From Syncephalis fuscata S228 (lineage: Eukaryota; Fungi; Zoopagomycota), in the NCBI GenBank assembly GCA_025786725.1, contig JAHLTZ010000005.1:496001-560000 (forward strand): a DNA stretch of 64,000 bases, read 5' to 3'. Shown here piece after piece: positions 11,912 through 26,329 of the stretch. The notes below the pieces were generated by a model. That model had not been told where the DNA came from. It worked only from the letters and a program-made list of their open reading frames with translations, and ran no database searches. A program made the position numbers and the translations under genes. Within the stretch, counting starts at the first letter, position 1, and every line of letters starts with the position of its first letter.

Positions 11912-14043
11912 ATGTGTAGTTTACAGGATAACGAGCTTCCAGTAGAAGGTAATTACACAACCTCCGTTATATAACCATCGACGACTAAATATATGTATAT
12001 ATACATATATAACTTTATTGAACTATTGATTAATTGATTTAAAAGTCCCACGATTAGCTGCGTCGAAGCTAACTGGCAATAAACTGCGCGATCGTCCATG
12101 TGCAAAGTGCAAGACAGCACCACCCGTGGTTATTATTCGACACGACGGGTTTTGCAGGTGGGTTAGAGAAGGAGGAATATAGTACTTCTGTATTCTAACT
12201 GATAGTAGCGAGTGTTTCCAACGTAATGTTGGCTCTAAATTTCGCACAGTTATTGGTAAACTACGTACTCCAGTTGAAGATGCAGGCGGTAAGGCTAGCA
12301 TTTTGTTGGCCTATTCAGGTGGGCCTGCCTCTCGGTAAGTAGTTTCAAGGACCAATGGTAGATTACTTATACATCATATAAAGTGTATTATTACAATTGG
12401 CCGATGATTTCAATAATGCGAATCGATCACAGCGATTTGCTGCCTATACTATATGTCATGTAGATGAAAGTGCTTTATTTGACGATAATCCATCGATGGT
12501 AAGAGCAGATGGATGATAGATAATAGATATTTATAGTGATTATTGGATAGAAAGCGGCCAGTACTGATTTCTTAGAGGGTATACGTAAAATAACAAATGA
12601 ATTCTCATTTGAATTTGAGCAAGTTCCATTGGAAAGTGTATTTGCCAGTTATACCAACGAGAGAAGTCCTGAATCTGCAACCACTGTTATGATGACACCT
12701 ACAAGGCGAGAGACTGGAAGTATATTTGCAGAAAGTAAGTTTAAAAGCTTAATGAGCGGCTAAAAAGTTGTTGCTTACATCATTGAATAGGTTTTGAGAC
12801 AATACAGCTGCAAACATCTTTGTCCGATGTGGATAAACTACGCCTTTTATTCAAGCAAGCGGAAAGTCTATCTGCACGCGAGGATCTTTTGTTTTATTTA
12901 CGTCAACGAGTGTTACATAGTGTAGCTGTGCGTAAGAAGTAGGTAATTTAAATGTTTTGTAATAATAATAATAACAATTAAAATAAAAGTTGTTCAGCTA
13001 TTTGGACAGCTGAAACGGCTACGCGTATAGCTATACGCACCATTTCAAATGTAGCTAAAGGGCGTGGATTAACACTACCATTGGAAACAGGGGCACAGTC
13101 AGATTTGGATAAAGGTAAACAAATATTGGACAAATAAACAACGATACTTACAATTTGGTGGTAGATATTGCATTTTGGCGACCAATACGAGATGTTCTAG
13201 CCAAAGAAGTTGGTTTATATGTACGCTATCGTCATCTTTCTATGCCATCATTTCCGATCCTTCTTAGTACACGTCGACCTGCCAAGGCCAGTATTGGCCG
13301 ATTATCAGAAGGTATGCTTATTTGTATAACAGTCTAAGAGGTAATTAAATAGCAGTTGTGATTAGAATTCATTGTAGGATTAGAGCAAGATTTGTATCGA
13401 CAGCCAATACTGTCACACGAACTGTTGGTAAATTGACACCATCGGCTAACGTGGACTATGAACGACGATGTGCACTTTGTCGAATGTAAGTTAATAAGTT
13501 GATGTTGTTGATCTATTGATTAATATAATGCCTACAAATAGGCCAGCTGACCGGGATCCAACAACTTGGCTCGAGTTGTGTACAGTTACAACAATGGGCC
13601 GACTAAATGCGGCATTACCAGATGCACAAAAGCTATCAAATGGTATAGCAACTATTTCATTAAACACAAACGATCAGTCTGAACAATGCTGTAATAACAA
13701 CAGAACTACCAATAACACTTACTGTAATGACGGTAGTTGCAGTCAGTCTAATTTGACAGAACAGGATAGTTTTGACTTGATGCCTGCTTTGTGCTATGGT
13801 TGTTTAGTTACACTACGTGATTTCCCAGTTACTAACGAGCCAGTTAAAGGAGCAGCATCAGCTGATAGCGTTGACACTGTAAAGACATCTGTTGCAATTC
13901 CATTACCAACTTATGTCGAACATGCAGCACGTCAACGACTCGATCAAATGGCACTTCGTGAAAAGATAGCCGATTTTCTTATTGAAGATGACGACGACGA
14001 CGACGACGACGACAATGATGATGACTGTGATAAGAGTAAATAA
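11912..14043 (+). CDS. NCS2: Cytoplasmic tRNA 2-thiolation protein 2 (Ncs2/CTU2), multi-exon
   Basis: MCSLQDNE start; CAKCK...IRHDGFCR|ECF; ILLAYSGGPASR; CHVDES; SAREDLL; TATRIAIRTISNVAKGRG; RPIRDVLAKEV; SIGRLSEEFI...STANTVTRTVGKL; CALC; LCYGC. Confidence 0.92.
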
Positions 14044-14087
14044 AACGTAATTTTATAATAAAATAAATTTTATTGCTATGGCTAGTA

Positions 14088-14859
14088 TTATTTGTTATCA
14101 GTCTGGTTTAATGGTTTAAGGAAGACGCGGAAACGTGCCGTTTTATCCAATAGTAAATGATCCCAAACAAATGGTAGTTCACGACCCGAGTCGATAAAGC
14201 CCATACGTTGATACCATTTAATAATGTCAGTGCGTTGTTTAATCACCCATACACCTGTATGCGATAGATGTAGCTGGTCACGAGTATATTCCTCGGCTGC
14301 CCGTACTAGCGATGAGCCAATACGGCGTGATTGATGCTCGGGATCCACCGCCAGTAAACCGACCAATCCATATGAAAACTGTTTTATATTGCCGCCATCT
14401 TTCTCGCCATTATCGTCGTCCGATGAAGTGGCTGGTTCGCCCAATGAATCCGTGGTGTTGATTTCGACAGTACCCACGACCAGAGGTGGCGCCGTCGATG
14501 TATCGTTAGCATCGGTGCTTACCAATTCGGCCAATAGTGTTGGTGGTTTGCTAGTGGTTAGTTTTTCAATTAAATCTTGTTTTGTGATACGTTCGCCCGT
14601 AACAAGATGTGTTTCGGTCGTCCATGACTTATCTATTATGTAGATAAATATTGCGGTTAGGTTAATGTTCTTTATTGTGGCTTGGCCGTTGATGTACGAA
14701 TACTGCACTACCCACCTCCGCGATATGCTTGGTTAATAAGTTGATGAAGACGATCGACATGGATAACATCCTCGGGAACTGCCACACGTACACGAACAAC
14801 CGTGTTGGATGCCGTAGTTGTTTCTGCACAGCAGTGTTGGCTGAGGAAGAAGAAGGCAT
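14088..14859 (-). CDS. GNAT-family N-acetyltransferase
   Basis: LINQAYRG|DKSWTTETHLVTGERI; motif A GLLAVDPEHQSRRIGSSLV; DIIKWYQRMGF. One intron; a 1-nt frameshift is needed near 14828. Confidence 0.88.
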
Positions 14860-16271
14860 GATGTTACTGTCACTGTTACTGTTAAAGCAAAAGAAGGTGG
14901 CTATTTTATAGAAATGAAAGAAGGACAAAAGGCTGGGGAAATTATAAATTAGCTTCCGAAATGAAAAATCAACGAATCAGCAATTCATCTAAATCTATTC
15001 AGTGATTAGATCAGTGATTGTTCGTGGTAATAAGCACGTCTTTTTGTTTCATCCAATGTTCATGGGCCATTCTAATTTCAGGACAATTTCCTTATTGATA
15101 CGATTAGCTGACGCATCTTTGGTTAAATTAAATATAAATATAGTATTTTTTAGTGTTGAATTAATTAAATTAGTACAGCTTATTATCAAAAATAAATAAT
15201 GAATTAAATGCTGTTTTCTGGCATTTTCTAGATTCATAGTAACTAATAATAATATACAATGGAGCATGATGCTGCTTTAGTTTGATTAAAACATTTAATG
15301 TTTATTAAAACAAACCGATGAGCCATTGATGTAAAAATCGCTCAACCATTTTAACTTTATTTTGGTAATTTTTATACAATTGTCGGAGTTTAGATTTTTG
15401 CCTGACTGAAATTCCCACCACACATCCCGCTTGTCAGTAACGATCAATTATCAGGCCGATAATTTATTCGTCCATCACATAAATCCTCAAAAGTAAATTC
15501 ATATAAGTTATCGCACAATCACTCATGAGAGCAATGATAATGTAAATCGTTATTATCAATATCATCAACATAGCGACACTAGTAGTATAGTATTACTGTT
15601 ATACAAAGTTACTCATTTCTAAATCAAATAAACACTGTCTTACATCTAACTATTGCCTTATTTAATTTCAAAAATTGCTCCAGTTCATCATCATGCACAA
15701 ACATGATAACTTTGACAAAGATAATTATCAAAATAAAATCAATAAAGCTAAATGTAGAATTAGCAATGATGGTACACGTACGCTGGAAATAAATAATAAG
15801 CATAGCAATTGATAGCAGTGTGATAATATCTATGGAAATGACTAATTATCTTTGTTCTTTACTCTTTGTTTCGCGCATATTGGATTAAAATCACGAAGCT
15901 AAGGCGATTGTGAATACTATCACTGGTTGCTATCATTTTGACTGCCGAAATGACCATGCATGTCAGTGGAATTTCTGAGTTACACGAATAAACAAATCCT
16001 GCTGATTGAATGGTTATTTCCCTCGTCTCCCTTTGCACATGGATGGCCTGTAGCTACAAATAGTTGGACGCCGAGCGACAGTAGCATGCCACTTCTTTTA
16101 TCATCCACTTTGCATCCTCTATAGTATTTTTTTACACCAACATAGCAAAGGTGCCACCTGCCGATCAAATAATTGTGACAACATTTATTGGCTTCGCTAG
16201 TAACCACTATATTAATTTAATAGTACCTTGCCGTGCTTGCGCCTAAACAAAACTTTTCTCTTATCCTTACA

Positions 16272-17911
16272 ATGAAACATATTTTGTATTTTGCCGCCGG
16301 TTTGTGGACGGCTACATGTTGTATTGCTGATGCACGTGCTCAAAACAATGGTACACAATGTAGGTGCGATAGCTGGTACTTTAGCAAGAAATAACTAACC
16401 ATTATTTTATGTTTCATATACCAATAATTAGCGACGCAGTATCGTACGTAATCCGTGCCAGTTCTGATAAACTCATACTAAGTATGTAATGATTTATAGC
16501 ATTGACCATCAACGGTGCATTCGTACCTACAACCAAACGGTAGATGTAAATAACTTTGCTATCTATTGGTCTCTCAATGCTGTCGAAAACACTATTTCAT
16601 TTGCTGTTCAGTCCAAGGCTGGCAATCGGCCAGGTGTGTATATGTTGAGCGGCTACTCGCCAATTAGCTAACAGGGCGATTACTAGGCTGGATCGGATTT
16701 GGCTTTTCCTCAAGTGGTGGCATGGTAGGATCTCGTGTTGTGGTTGCCGCCCAAGACACCTCCAACAAACTTACTATCACAGAATATCAACTAAACAGCA
16801 AATCATCAAGCGGCCTCCAAGCTATTGCTGACAACTCCCGTGTCACCTCCGACGCTGTAGCAAGCTTTGCTAATAGCCAGCCAGTCACCTTGGCTTTCAC
16901 ACATAATTTAAACACCAGTATTCGTGGCCTATCTGTTGAAAAAAACTCCACCAGCAATTTAGTAATAGCCAGTGGCAATGCACCTGGTTCTAGTAAGTAA
17001 AATTGCATCTAATTCACCGATATCTCACTGATTATACATTAGACGGCAGAATTTCTATTCACACAACCAAAGAAGCAGCAGTAATAATGTTAAACAGTCC
17101 TCATCCTACTGTGATGGAGGTCGTAGCGTCACAAAACACCTATATTATAATTCATGGCATTCTTATGGCTGTAAGTACCTATCTGTCATATATATTAAAC
17201 GCCTATTTATACAAACTTTACATCTAGGTTGGATGGCTGGTATTAGTGCCAGTGGGTATTGTGTTTGGTTCCCCAGTTCTACGTCGTCGCCTATTTCCTA
17301 ATGACAAATCTGGAAATCCGCCTTACACACGGGCCCATCGCCATGTTCAAACTGCCGCGTTTCTATGCATCACTGCAAGTCTTATCATCGCCAAGGTTCA
17401 ACTGAGTTCTGACAGCGAGGAAAGTACCCATGGTATTTTAGGCGTTGTTGTATATAGTCTACTGTGTCTACAAGTAATAATTGGCATAACACGCGTTACA
17501 CTCGTCAAGCCAAAAGCGGCCAAAAATACTGCTGAGCGTCTTTTTAAACGCTTTAAACAAGAAATTATTAAATCACATATGATTTTGGGAAATCTTTTGT
17601 GGACATTAGCGGTGGCCAACATTATGCTTGGCATCGCCCTTGCTGGTAAGTTATTGAATATCACATAGGATGTTTATTTATTTTAATGAATGATATTTTT
17701 ATTCTCCGCTCTATTAGGTATGGGTTTTGGTCTTTATATTGCTGCAGGCATACTTGCCCTCTTGGGTGGCTCAGCTTTCGTTTGGTCGTCGTATATTGTG
17801 AAGCAAAATGGACGAACTGCGGGCTGGTTGCCGAAAAAAGACTCTCGCACGGACCAGTCACCTTTAACGCCTAATAACCAACAAGGTATTGAAACGGCAG
17901 GCAGTGCGTAA
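16272..17911 (+). CDS. Signal peptide + DOMON domain + cytochrome b561 domain (CYBDOM-type) membrane protein
   Basis: MKHILYFAAGLWTATCCIADARAQ; DOMON motif GWIGFGFSSSGGMVGSRVVVA; b561 heme histidines in IIHGILMA, AHRHVQ, STHGILG and SHMILG. Confidence 0.88.
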
Positions 17912-19138
17912 AAGGGATATTGAAACAAATAATTGTAGTTAGCATTTCAAATAAATAAGTTTGGTTTTGCAATTTGTAATTTTTTGTTAATTATATTAAA
18001 TATAGTGCTATAATTAACATTTTGCCCACTTTGGCAGAATTGCATTAATAAAAACTGATAAAGTATTGTTCAATTAAAACAGCTAGCCAGCTCGTTACTT
18101 GAATTAACAACCGATAATTGTTTTAATAAACATCGATTATGACGTTAACCATATGCGTCATCTGTTTGTTTTATTTTCATTACTATTATAAAATTTATCA
18201 TTTAAAGGGAGATAATGTTACATACAATAGAAAGTAATTTATGCCATTTAATCACATTTATTTGTATAGTAGTTTTATTAACATTGTCACAGAATATATT
18301 AGAAGTGTACGCAGTACTGAGAATAGTGGATTTAACGTTGAATAGTTTACTTAAATCAAAAGGTATTGAACGAGTAAACAACGCTTGAAACTATGAACTG
18401 AACTAGTAATAATACTGATTAGTTCATTTACTTTGGATAATGCTAATGAAGACTATGTTGCTAATGCATGATGATAGCACATACGACATAATATTGCCGT
18501 AATTGTTGATACTACCACGTCGAACCAAGCATTTCCTTTGACGCTATAATATTACGCAATTTACTAATAATAGAAGCATTAAAACTAAAAGATACTCACA
18601 TTACTTTACTAAGCACGTCTTTTTTTTGACTAGGCTGATCTCACTTCCCCTACTCAATCACTATTTTACAATATCGCTTACTGAAACTACAACACAATGG
18701 GTTGATTAAATGCCCAAATACACTATTATTAATAATAATATAGCCAGTAATTATTTTAATAGTTATTGAACACTGCTATTTCTGTACTGCTAAAATGATT
18801 AATCAACTACGTTCCAAAAACGTATGTAGGTCAGTAATTTGCACATTTCGCACCAAGTATGACAAGATCCTAAGCTCTGACTCGGCAATAATTTAAAAAG
18901 CTGCCATGCCATGCTTCCATTCTGCTAAACGGACACTAATTAATAAACCCGAAGATTACATTTATCGGAATCGGAAAATTGTTCAACAGAAATAGGCCTA
19001 TGCTCATGCGTCAAAATGCACGCGTTAACTTGCATAACTCTGGCCGTTCATGTTTTATTAATAGTCATAATGCGACTATATAATAAAATGGTTTTTACCT
19101 TATCGTTTCTGTGATAGCATGCCAATCTGATAGTTACC

Positions 19139-20953
19139 ATGAAATTACCTTTTAGTCTTAGTCTTACTTCTGCGGCTCTTGCCATCTTTTCAGCTTCATC
19201 GGCACTAGCTATATCCAGTACCAATGAACCAACACCGATACGCGTTTTATTGGGTGTTGGATTTGGAACAAAATCACATGCTGTCCATTTCCTTGCCGTA
19301 TGTAAAGAACTGATAGCTCGTGGCCATGAAGTTCACTTTGCTACCATGAGAAGTCAGCTAAAATGGGCCGCTGACCAGCCAAAAATGAAGCTTATTGACA
19401 TAGGAGATGTACAAATATCACGAGAAGAGAGAGTCGCTCAGTTAAACGACATTGTAATTGCACAAGAAAAAGATCCAGCCTATTTAATCAAACATTGATA
19501 GAAGTGATTTACAAAGATTACGAATGGCAATATCCTATCTTCCATGATATCATATCTGGTAAATCGGGAAATGGCGGGCCAATGGATGTTGTAATGTGTG
19601 ATTATTTATGCGCGCATGTATTGATGCTGCACATTCTCTTGATGTTTCGTGTGTCATTAGACTATCCACTTTAAGCCTGGATGGTAAGATAGTCATGGCT
19701 GTTGTATTTAGTACTAATGTATTTTAATAATAATAGAAACCAGCAATCAACCGTATTTGCCCACACTTTTCGATAATGACCTACCTACTCATGAACATTC
19801 TTCGTTTTGGAGACGTTTTCGTAGTGCCATCATTACACCACTTATGGCACAAAACACCATACAGCCTGGAATTGAATTTCAAGCAAGTGTATTAAAAAAG
19901 ACTGGTGTTAAGCCATACGCCGGCCTTTCACATTTATATGACAAAAGCTTGATATTTGCTGCTACTGTTCCTGGTTACGATGTAAGCAATATGATGTAAA
20001 TAGTTTTAATATTAATATCTAACATCCAACAATTGTTTTATATTATAGCAACCACGTCCTGTCCGACCTAATGTTGTTTACATAGGACCGGCACTATCAG
20101 ATACATACACACCGCTGACCACCGAACTTAAAGACTTTTTATCTACACGCAGCAAAACTATTTTTATTGGCTTTGGTAGTATCTTTGTTATTGGATCAAC
20201 TCAATTCCAAGATATGATACACTCATTAGTCAAAGCATACCACGCCGGTCTAATCGACGGTGTTGTCTGGGGCCTAATGAGCACCAAGCTGATGAACTAC
20301 CGCTATCCGTTCATACAAAAGTTCAAACTTCCACTTCTATTGAAGTAGAAGAAGAGCACACAGTTCAAGATATGCAAACAGGAAAGCACCCATTTATTTA
20401 CATTACCAATGTTGCACCTCAACGGGCTTTATTGAATCACCCATCGGTAAAGATTTTTATTTCACATTGTGGCAGCGGATCAGTCCATGAAGCCATGGAT
20501 GCAGGCAAGCCAATATTAGCCATTCCTGGATTTGGTGATCAGCCAGATAATGCCAGAAAATTAACAAGCCTTGGTGTGGCTGTTTCTGTCAAATGGAATC
20601 AAGTTGGTACCGAAGTGATGCACGCTGCGTTCCATCAGCTACTTGAAGGTGAAAGTGCCGAAAAAGCTCGACAAGTTGTGGCTAAACTTCAAAAGATTAC
20701 AAGAACGTATAACCGCCAATTATCCCATGCCGCAGACATGGTCGAGTTGGCTGCGGTCCCTGGTGCATTAAAATTACTCGAACCAGCCGGTGTGCGTATG
20801 GATTGGTGGCGGGCAAGAAATGTTGATGTATGGATTGTTGCTGTCCTAGGCTTGATGAGCGTATTAGCTGGTATTGCCTACACCATTTGTTTAGCGTATC
20901 AACAATTCAATCGTACTCAAAAGCCCACTTCACACAAGCTTAAAAAGACGTGA
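19139..20953 (+). CDS. UDP-glycosyltransferase (GT1, UDP-glucuronosyltransferase-like), type I membrane topology
   Basis: Signal peptide; KSHAVHF...LIARGHEVHF; UGT signature APQRALLNHPSVKIFISHCGSGSVHEAMDAGKPILAIPGFGDQPDNA; C-terminal TM and KLKKT tail. Two introns and a few 1-nt frameshifts. Confidence 0.92.
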
Positions 20954-21265
20954 TTATATTCAAATTGTTAATAAATTTATAATTAAGTAAAAATAAATAA
21001 TGTGTTAATTTAAGTGAAAGCTTTCAAAAATAAATTGTTTTTAAATTTCAAATTTATTATTATGGTGACTTTTATTTTTTTCAAAACAATGTATTTAATA
21101 AATAAATTTAAATACATATATCATTACTAATATAGTACTTTGCTATTAAACTAATATTAGTAGTAGTGTTTGGTAAAGTTACAATTTAATAATGCATAAA
21201 TTTAAATTTTTGTTGTTAAAGATGAGTAAACAAAATATCATATCAAGACAGCAAGCACTACTGTT

Positions 21266-22009
21266 TCAAACAAGTTCGTCGCCCCGACGCTTTGCAGCCG
21301 AGTTTTGCTGGTCCCATCGTACTCCATTAATGTTTACCGTGCGATCATCATCGTCATCGTCATCGTCACCACCGATCCAATCTCGTTCATGGGCCAGCAT
21401 AATGTAGTCTGCTTGTTGTTTGGCCTTTCGTTTACGATAACTATTATCAATAAACCATGCCATTATCCAACCAAATGCTGTGCCCACAATATTTGCCTAT
21501 TAAATTATGTAAAAATGACAGTTATAGTTAGCAGATACGTATGCTGTTAGCCATTTATATTATTTATTGCGTTCTATCCTACCGAAATATCCTCCCAGTT
21601 CAAGTAGCGTCCCTATAGTTGCATATAAATGACGTCATAATTAGTTTATTGTATTTATTATGCTTATCTCCTTGTTCTTAGCTCTATTGCTGCTATTGCT
21701 ACTACTTACCGGCAACCAGCCACGGACAACTTCAATACTTATGCTTAGAAATACCATACAAATGCCTACACCCAAAGCATTAAAGAATTGTGGTCCATCC
21801 CAGAGGAAGAAGGACACCATAGTCACTAGAGTAAATCCTACACAATGCGCGACACGACCCCATACCGGCATATGAAGCGGAACAAAAGCAAACACTAGCA
21901 TAACAAGCACCAGTGCCATCCAGGCCAGCAGAACACGTGGCCGAAGTCGTCTCAATATCTCGTCTTCAAATACATCTCGCCATTGACGTAGTAGATGAGT
22001 TATAGCCAT
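21266..22009 (-). CDS. VanZ-like family small membrane protein
   Basis: VAHCVGFTLVT, SISIEVVRGWLP|GRYLNWEDIS (30-nt exon)|ANIVGTAFG correspond to the VanZ-like H...E..Q...P.R.F...D..AN..G pattern. Confidence 0.7.
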
Positions 22010-22200
22010 AGTGTTCTTGTTACGTATGTTTAGAAAGGTGGAAAGATGTAAGAAAGAAGGAGACGGTGAATGATAAATATCTGCGAGTAATCAAAAGTGT
22101 TATAAATAGGTACAATAATTTAATACAATTTTATTTTTTATTTTATTTTTCTCGGTTGATTTTACTTCTAGATACACACACCTATATAACATGACGTATA

Positions 22201-25091
22201 ATGGTACCAAAGAAGAGTACACGACAAAAGGGTGGTTTGGTACGTAAAAGACCACGCAATTCGGAAGTAGCGACCAGTTCTCCAGCAAAAGCCGCGGAGG
22301 AATCAGCAGTAAATGGTGCTACAGAATCTTCATACCGCACCTTGTTCCGTATGTTAAAGAAAGCACGTAAATCTAAACGACCAGTAGTAGTGAATGACGA
22401 AAAAACCACTTTAAACAAAGAAAAAGAGGTGGAACCAGTCGAGGAAGAGGCTTTATCTGGCGAAGAAAGTAGCGATAATGAGGACCATTTAGAGGAAACA
22501 TTTGATAATGATGATGGTTTAAATGATTTACCGAATGGACATGAAGAGGAATCAGGTATTTATTTAACGATTTATACTTTATATAACATAGATTAATTAC
22601 ATTATTAGCATATGAACGCTATTTTGGTGAAAATTTATCGGAAAAGCTTAATAATGAACGTGTTGCACAAGTGGATGAAAAGAAATGGCAATGTTTAACT
22701 GGAAATGACAAAATATTCGGACAAATGGCTTATTATGCACTAGATACGCCATCAGATGATAAAGATACGCCAACATTTGATCAGGCTATTTCATTTATAC
22801 GCGAATCATCCAACAATGTTCGTAACAACGCTTTTGGTGTCAAACAAAGATTAATTGAGGCATGGGGGAAATACTCTCATAAGTCAGATAAAACTACACC
22901 AAAGAGTAAGTGATAACAATCATTAGTATATCAAAGTAGTTTGTTTAAACTATATATAATAGATGATCAACCAACTAAATTGATATTGAATCCTTTACAA
23001 GCAAGATTGATGGGTGTAATGCGTAATTATCGTGATATTCTATATACAAGTCGAGACTCGTCAAATGCCGATAGCATTCGTGATGTATACGCACTTCATC
23101 TACTTGATCATATTTATCAGACACGCGATCGTGTTATTAAAAACAATACGAAATTAGTAAAGAGCCAGTCTAATAATGATGGAAATGTGATGATCATGAA
23201 ACATTAGAACTACGTGATCAAGGATTTACTCGTCCCAAAGTATTGGTAGTATTACCGACACGTAGTGCAGCCGTTAGACTTGTTGAAGCATTAATTCGGC
23301 TTTCTGGATGCGATAGTGTAGTAAGTATACTAATAAGTATAGTATAGAAGCAATAATAATATTAATATTAATAATGATAGCATCAATTAAAACGGTTTCA
23401 ACAAGAATACGGTACAATGAAAGATCTGGAAATACCAACAGATGACACAAAACCAAGTAAGTTATTATAATAATACTTGTTATTAATTAATGTTGAAAAC
23501 TGACTCTTATTAATATAGTTGATTATTTAAATTATTTTACTGGTAATGCCGATGATCATTTCCGATTGGGTATTCGATTTACACGTAAAACAATGAAGTT
23601 ATGCAGTGAATTCTACGCATCTGATCTAATTATTGCTTCTCCTCTTGGCCTTCGTACTATTATTGGTGCACGAGGGTAAGTAATAGCAAAAAATATAATG
23701 TATTAATAATAGCTTATACAATGTATATAGAGAGAAAAAACGAGACTTTGATTTCTTATCGTCAATTGAGGTGCTTATAGTTGATCAAGCACATAGCTAT
23801 CTAATGCAGAATTGGGATCATGTTGAAGTAAGCAATTTATATAAAGTTTACTGTTGCAATGATATATTAATTCATTCTATATTATATAGCATTTGTTAAA
23901 ACACATGAATATGATTCCACAAGAATCACGCGATTGTGATTTCTCCCGTGTCAAGAATTGGTATCTTGATGGAAGGTAATATCATGGCTATAGATATAAG
24001 TATAGTCTAGAATGAGAATAGTTTTAATAATTATTGCTAACCATTATATGTATATATATATGTGTGTGTGTATATATACCACTAATAGAGCCAAATATCT
24101 ACGTCAAACCTTAATCTTTTCCGAATATTTAGCACCTGAATTAAATTCAATGTTTAGTAAATATTGTTGTAATGTGGCTGGTAAATTAAAAGTTCGTCGA
24201 ACCAATGAATCCGGTACCATTAATGATGTCACATTGCCTATTCAGCAGGTAAGAATAAGAACAAGAAAACAATGATATCATAATATTGAATCATGGTTTA
24301 TAAAAGTGATCAATTTAATAATGGTATATTAATATTGCATACTTTAGATATTTACACGAATTGACTGTACATCATTAGCTAAAGCGGCTGATCTTCGATT
24401 TGAACACTTTAAAGATAAGGTACTATACATATAGTATATTGTTTTATTATAATTGGCTAATAATGGATTGTTTGATAACTATGAATAGGTGTTTCCTGCA
24501 TTACAACAGTCAGCGGTACAACAATCTCGTACTATGATATTTATTCCATCTTACTATGATTACGTACGTATTCGTAATTATTTAGAAGATCAAGAAATTA
24601 ATTTTGTTGATATTTGCGAGTAAGTGTTTATTTAATTAGTTATTTTCATTGTATTTATTACTATTGCTATTACTATTAGATACTCGAATCATCGGATATT
24701 TCTCGTTCTCGTACGGCATTTTTCCATGGAGATTGTGACTTTATGCTTTACACGGAACGAGTTCATTTTTATCGTCGGTAAGTTATTATTTACATTTTCT
24801 GTTGTTATTTATACGCATTTTGATATTATTATTTACACATTTAACACTGAATGAACGTATAGGTATCGTATTCGTGGTGCACAGCATATTTTCTTTTATC
24901 AATTACCGGAAAATGCTCAGTTTTATCCTGAACTGCTTGGTGTATTGTCCGATGCAGTCGACGGTCTGCGGGATCTTACCATTTCCGCACTCTATTCGCG
25001 CTACGACCAACTACGACTAGAGCGTGTTGTGGGCACTCAGCGCGCTCAGCGTATGATTCAAGGAGAAAAACCCGCCTATCTTTTTGCCTAA
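22201..25091 (+). CDS. UTP25: U3 snoRNA-associated protein 25 (Utp25/DEF), multi-exon
   Basis: [74 protein letters not shown]...[30 protein letters not shown]. Confidence 0.96.
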
Positions 25092-25094
25092 TAT

Positions 25095-26252
25095 CTAACA
25101 GTTGTTGATATCTGCCATCCATGCCCGAACCGACTCAAGTCCTTGGCTGTCATCTTGTGAAGAGCAAGCAACTTGGTCGACCGGTTGCGGTAGATGATCA
25201 AATTGAAACGGCTCTCCTTCATAGCCGAGATATTGATCAGCCGCTGACGAGGATCCCATTGATGTGGTGTCAGCCAGTTGAGAGTCGACGGCTGCAATGC
25301 GTGTTACTCGGATGCGGTCACTATAATAGATAATAACCGCGATTATATTAATAAATATTTAGTACAATTTCTACGACTAGTTGTATAGCGCATATATAAT
25401 TGATTAATTAACCTACATTTCTGCCTCGAGCATACTACGACAGCGTGCAGGTGCATATGCGGTGGCTAAATCTGATTTATGACATGCCAATAAAATAGGT
25501 ACTTCTCGCTCAATTAAATGCTGATCACAAAGTATATCATATAAATATCTATATATAAATTGAACAAAGATACGGGAAAATAGAATGAGTGGCTAGTTAG
25601 TCTGTTGTTATAGTTACACACTAATGCACTACTTACTCGGCTACATTGCGTATCTCTTTGCCTAATCGTGCCGCATCGATGACAAACACAACTGCCTTAG
25701 CAATTGGTGTAAAATGATGTAGTTGATAGCGCAGTTTTTCATGACCCGGTACATCAATGACGCTAATGGCCTTTTGCTATTAATGTTGCACGCGTATTTA
25801 TATGCATATCAGTACAAATAATATTAAAACAAACAAGTATATAAATATTTACCTCTTGGTCATCAGATTGAGGTAGATGCACTAACATAGTATTCTCTTT
25901 AAGGGATGTATGTGTGTCCACCCAGGTATTGCTAGCTAGCTGCCAATCATGCGTATAGGTGTTATAGGTTAGACCAAAGCGAGAAGAATTATACAGCTAC
26001 TTACTCGAGCAAGCATATTGGTTTTGCCACTAGAACAAATGCCAAGTAGAAGGATGGCATCGGCCCGTCGTTGTTTGCTACGTCCTATTGCTAGCACTAC
26101 AGCAAGTGCTGTTCATGACAATCATTAGAGCTGTTCTGGTCTATTGTTTGAAATACACAGGTATTGGGTGGAACACGGCTGTAACACTTACCTGAACCAA
26201 CTAAGATGAGAAGTATTAGCCACCAGCTATAACTATCGCTAAATAGCGTCAT
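25095..26252 (-). CDS. SRP102: Signal recognition particle receptor beta subunit (Arf-like GTPase with N-terminal TM)
   Basis: Hand-spliced: N-terminal TM; ILLLGICSSGKT (P-loop); IDVPGHEKLR; VVFVIDAA; VAEYLYDIL; PILLACHKSDL; LEAEIDRIRVTR; YLGYEGEPFQFDHL; stop at 25095-25097. Confidence 0.9.
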
Positions 26253-26329
26253 TATGATGGTAAACAAAGCTTAGAGAATAAAGATTGCTTAAATGACAGA
26301 AAGAAGGAGTTAAGGTAATAACATTAGTT

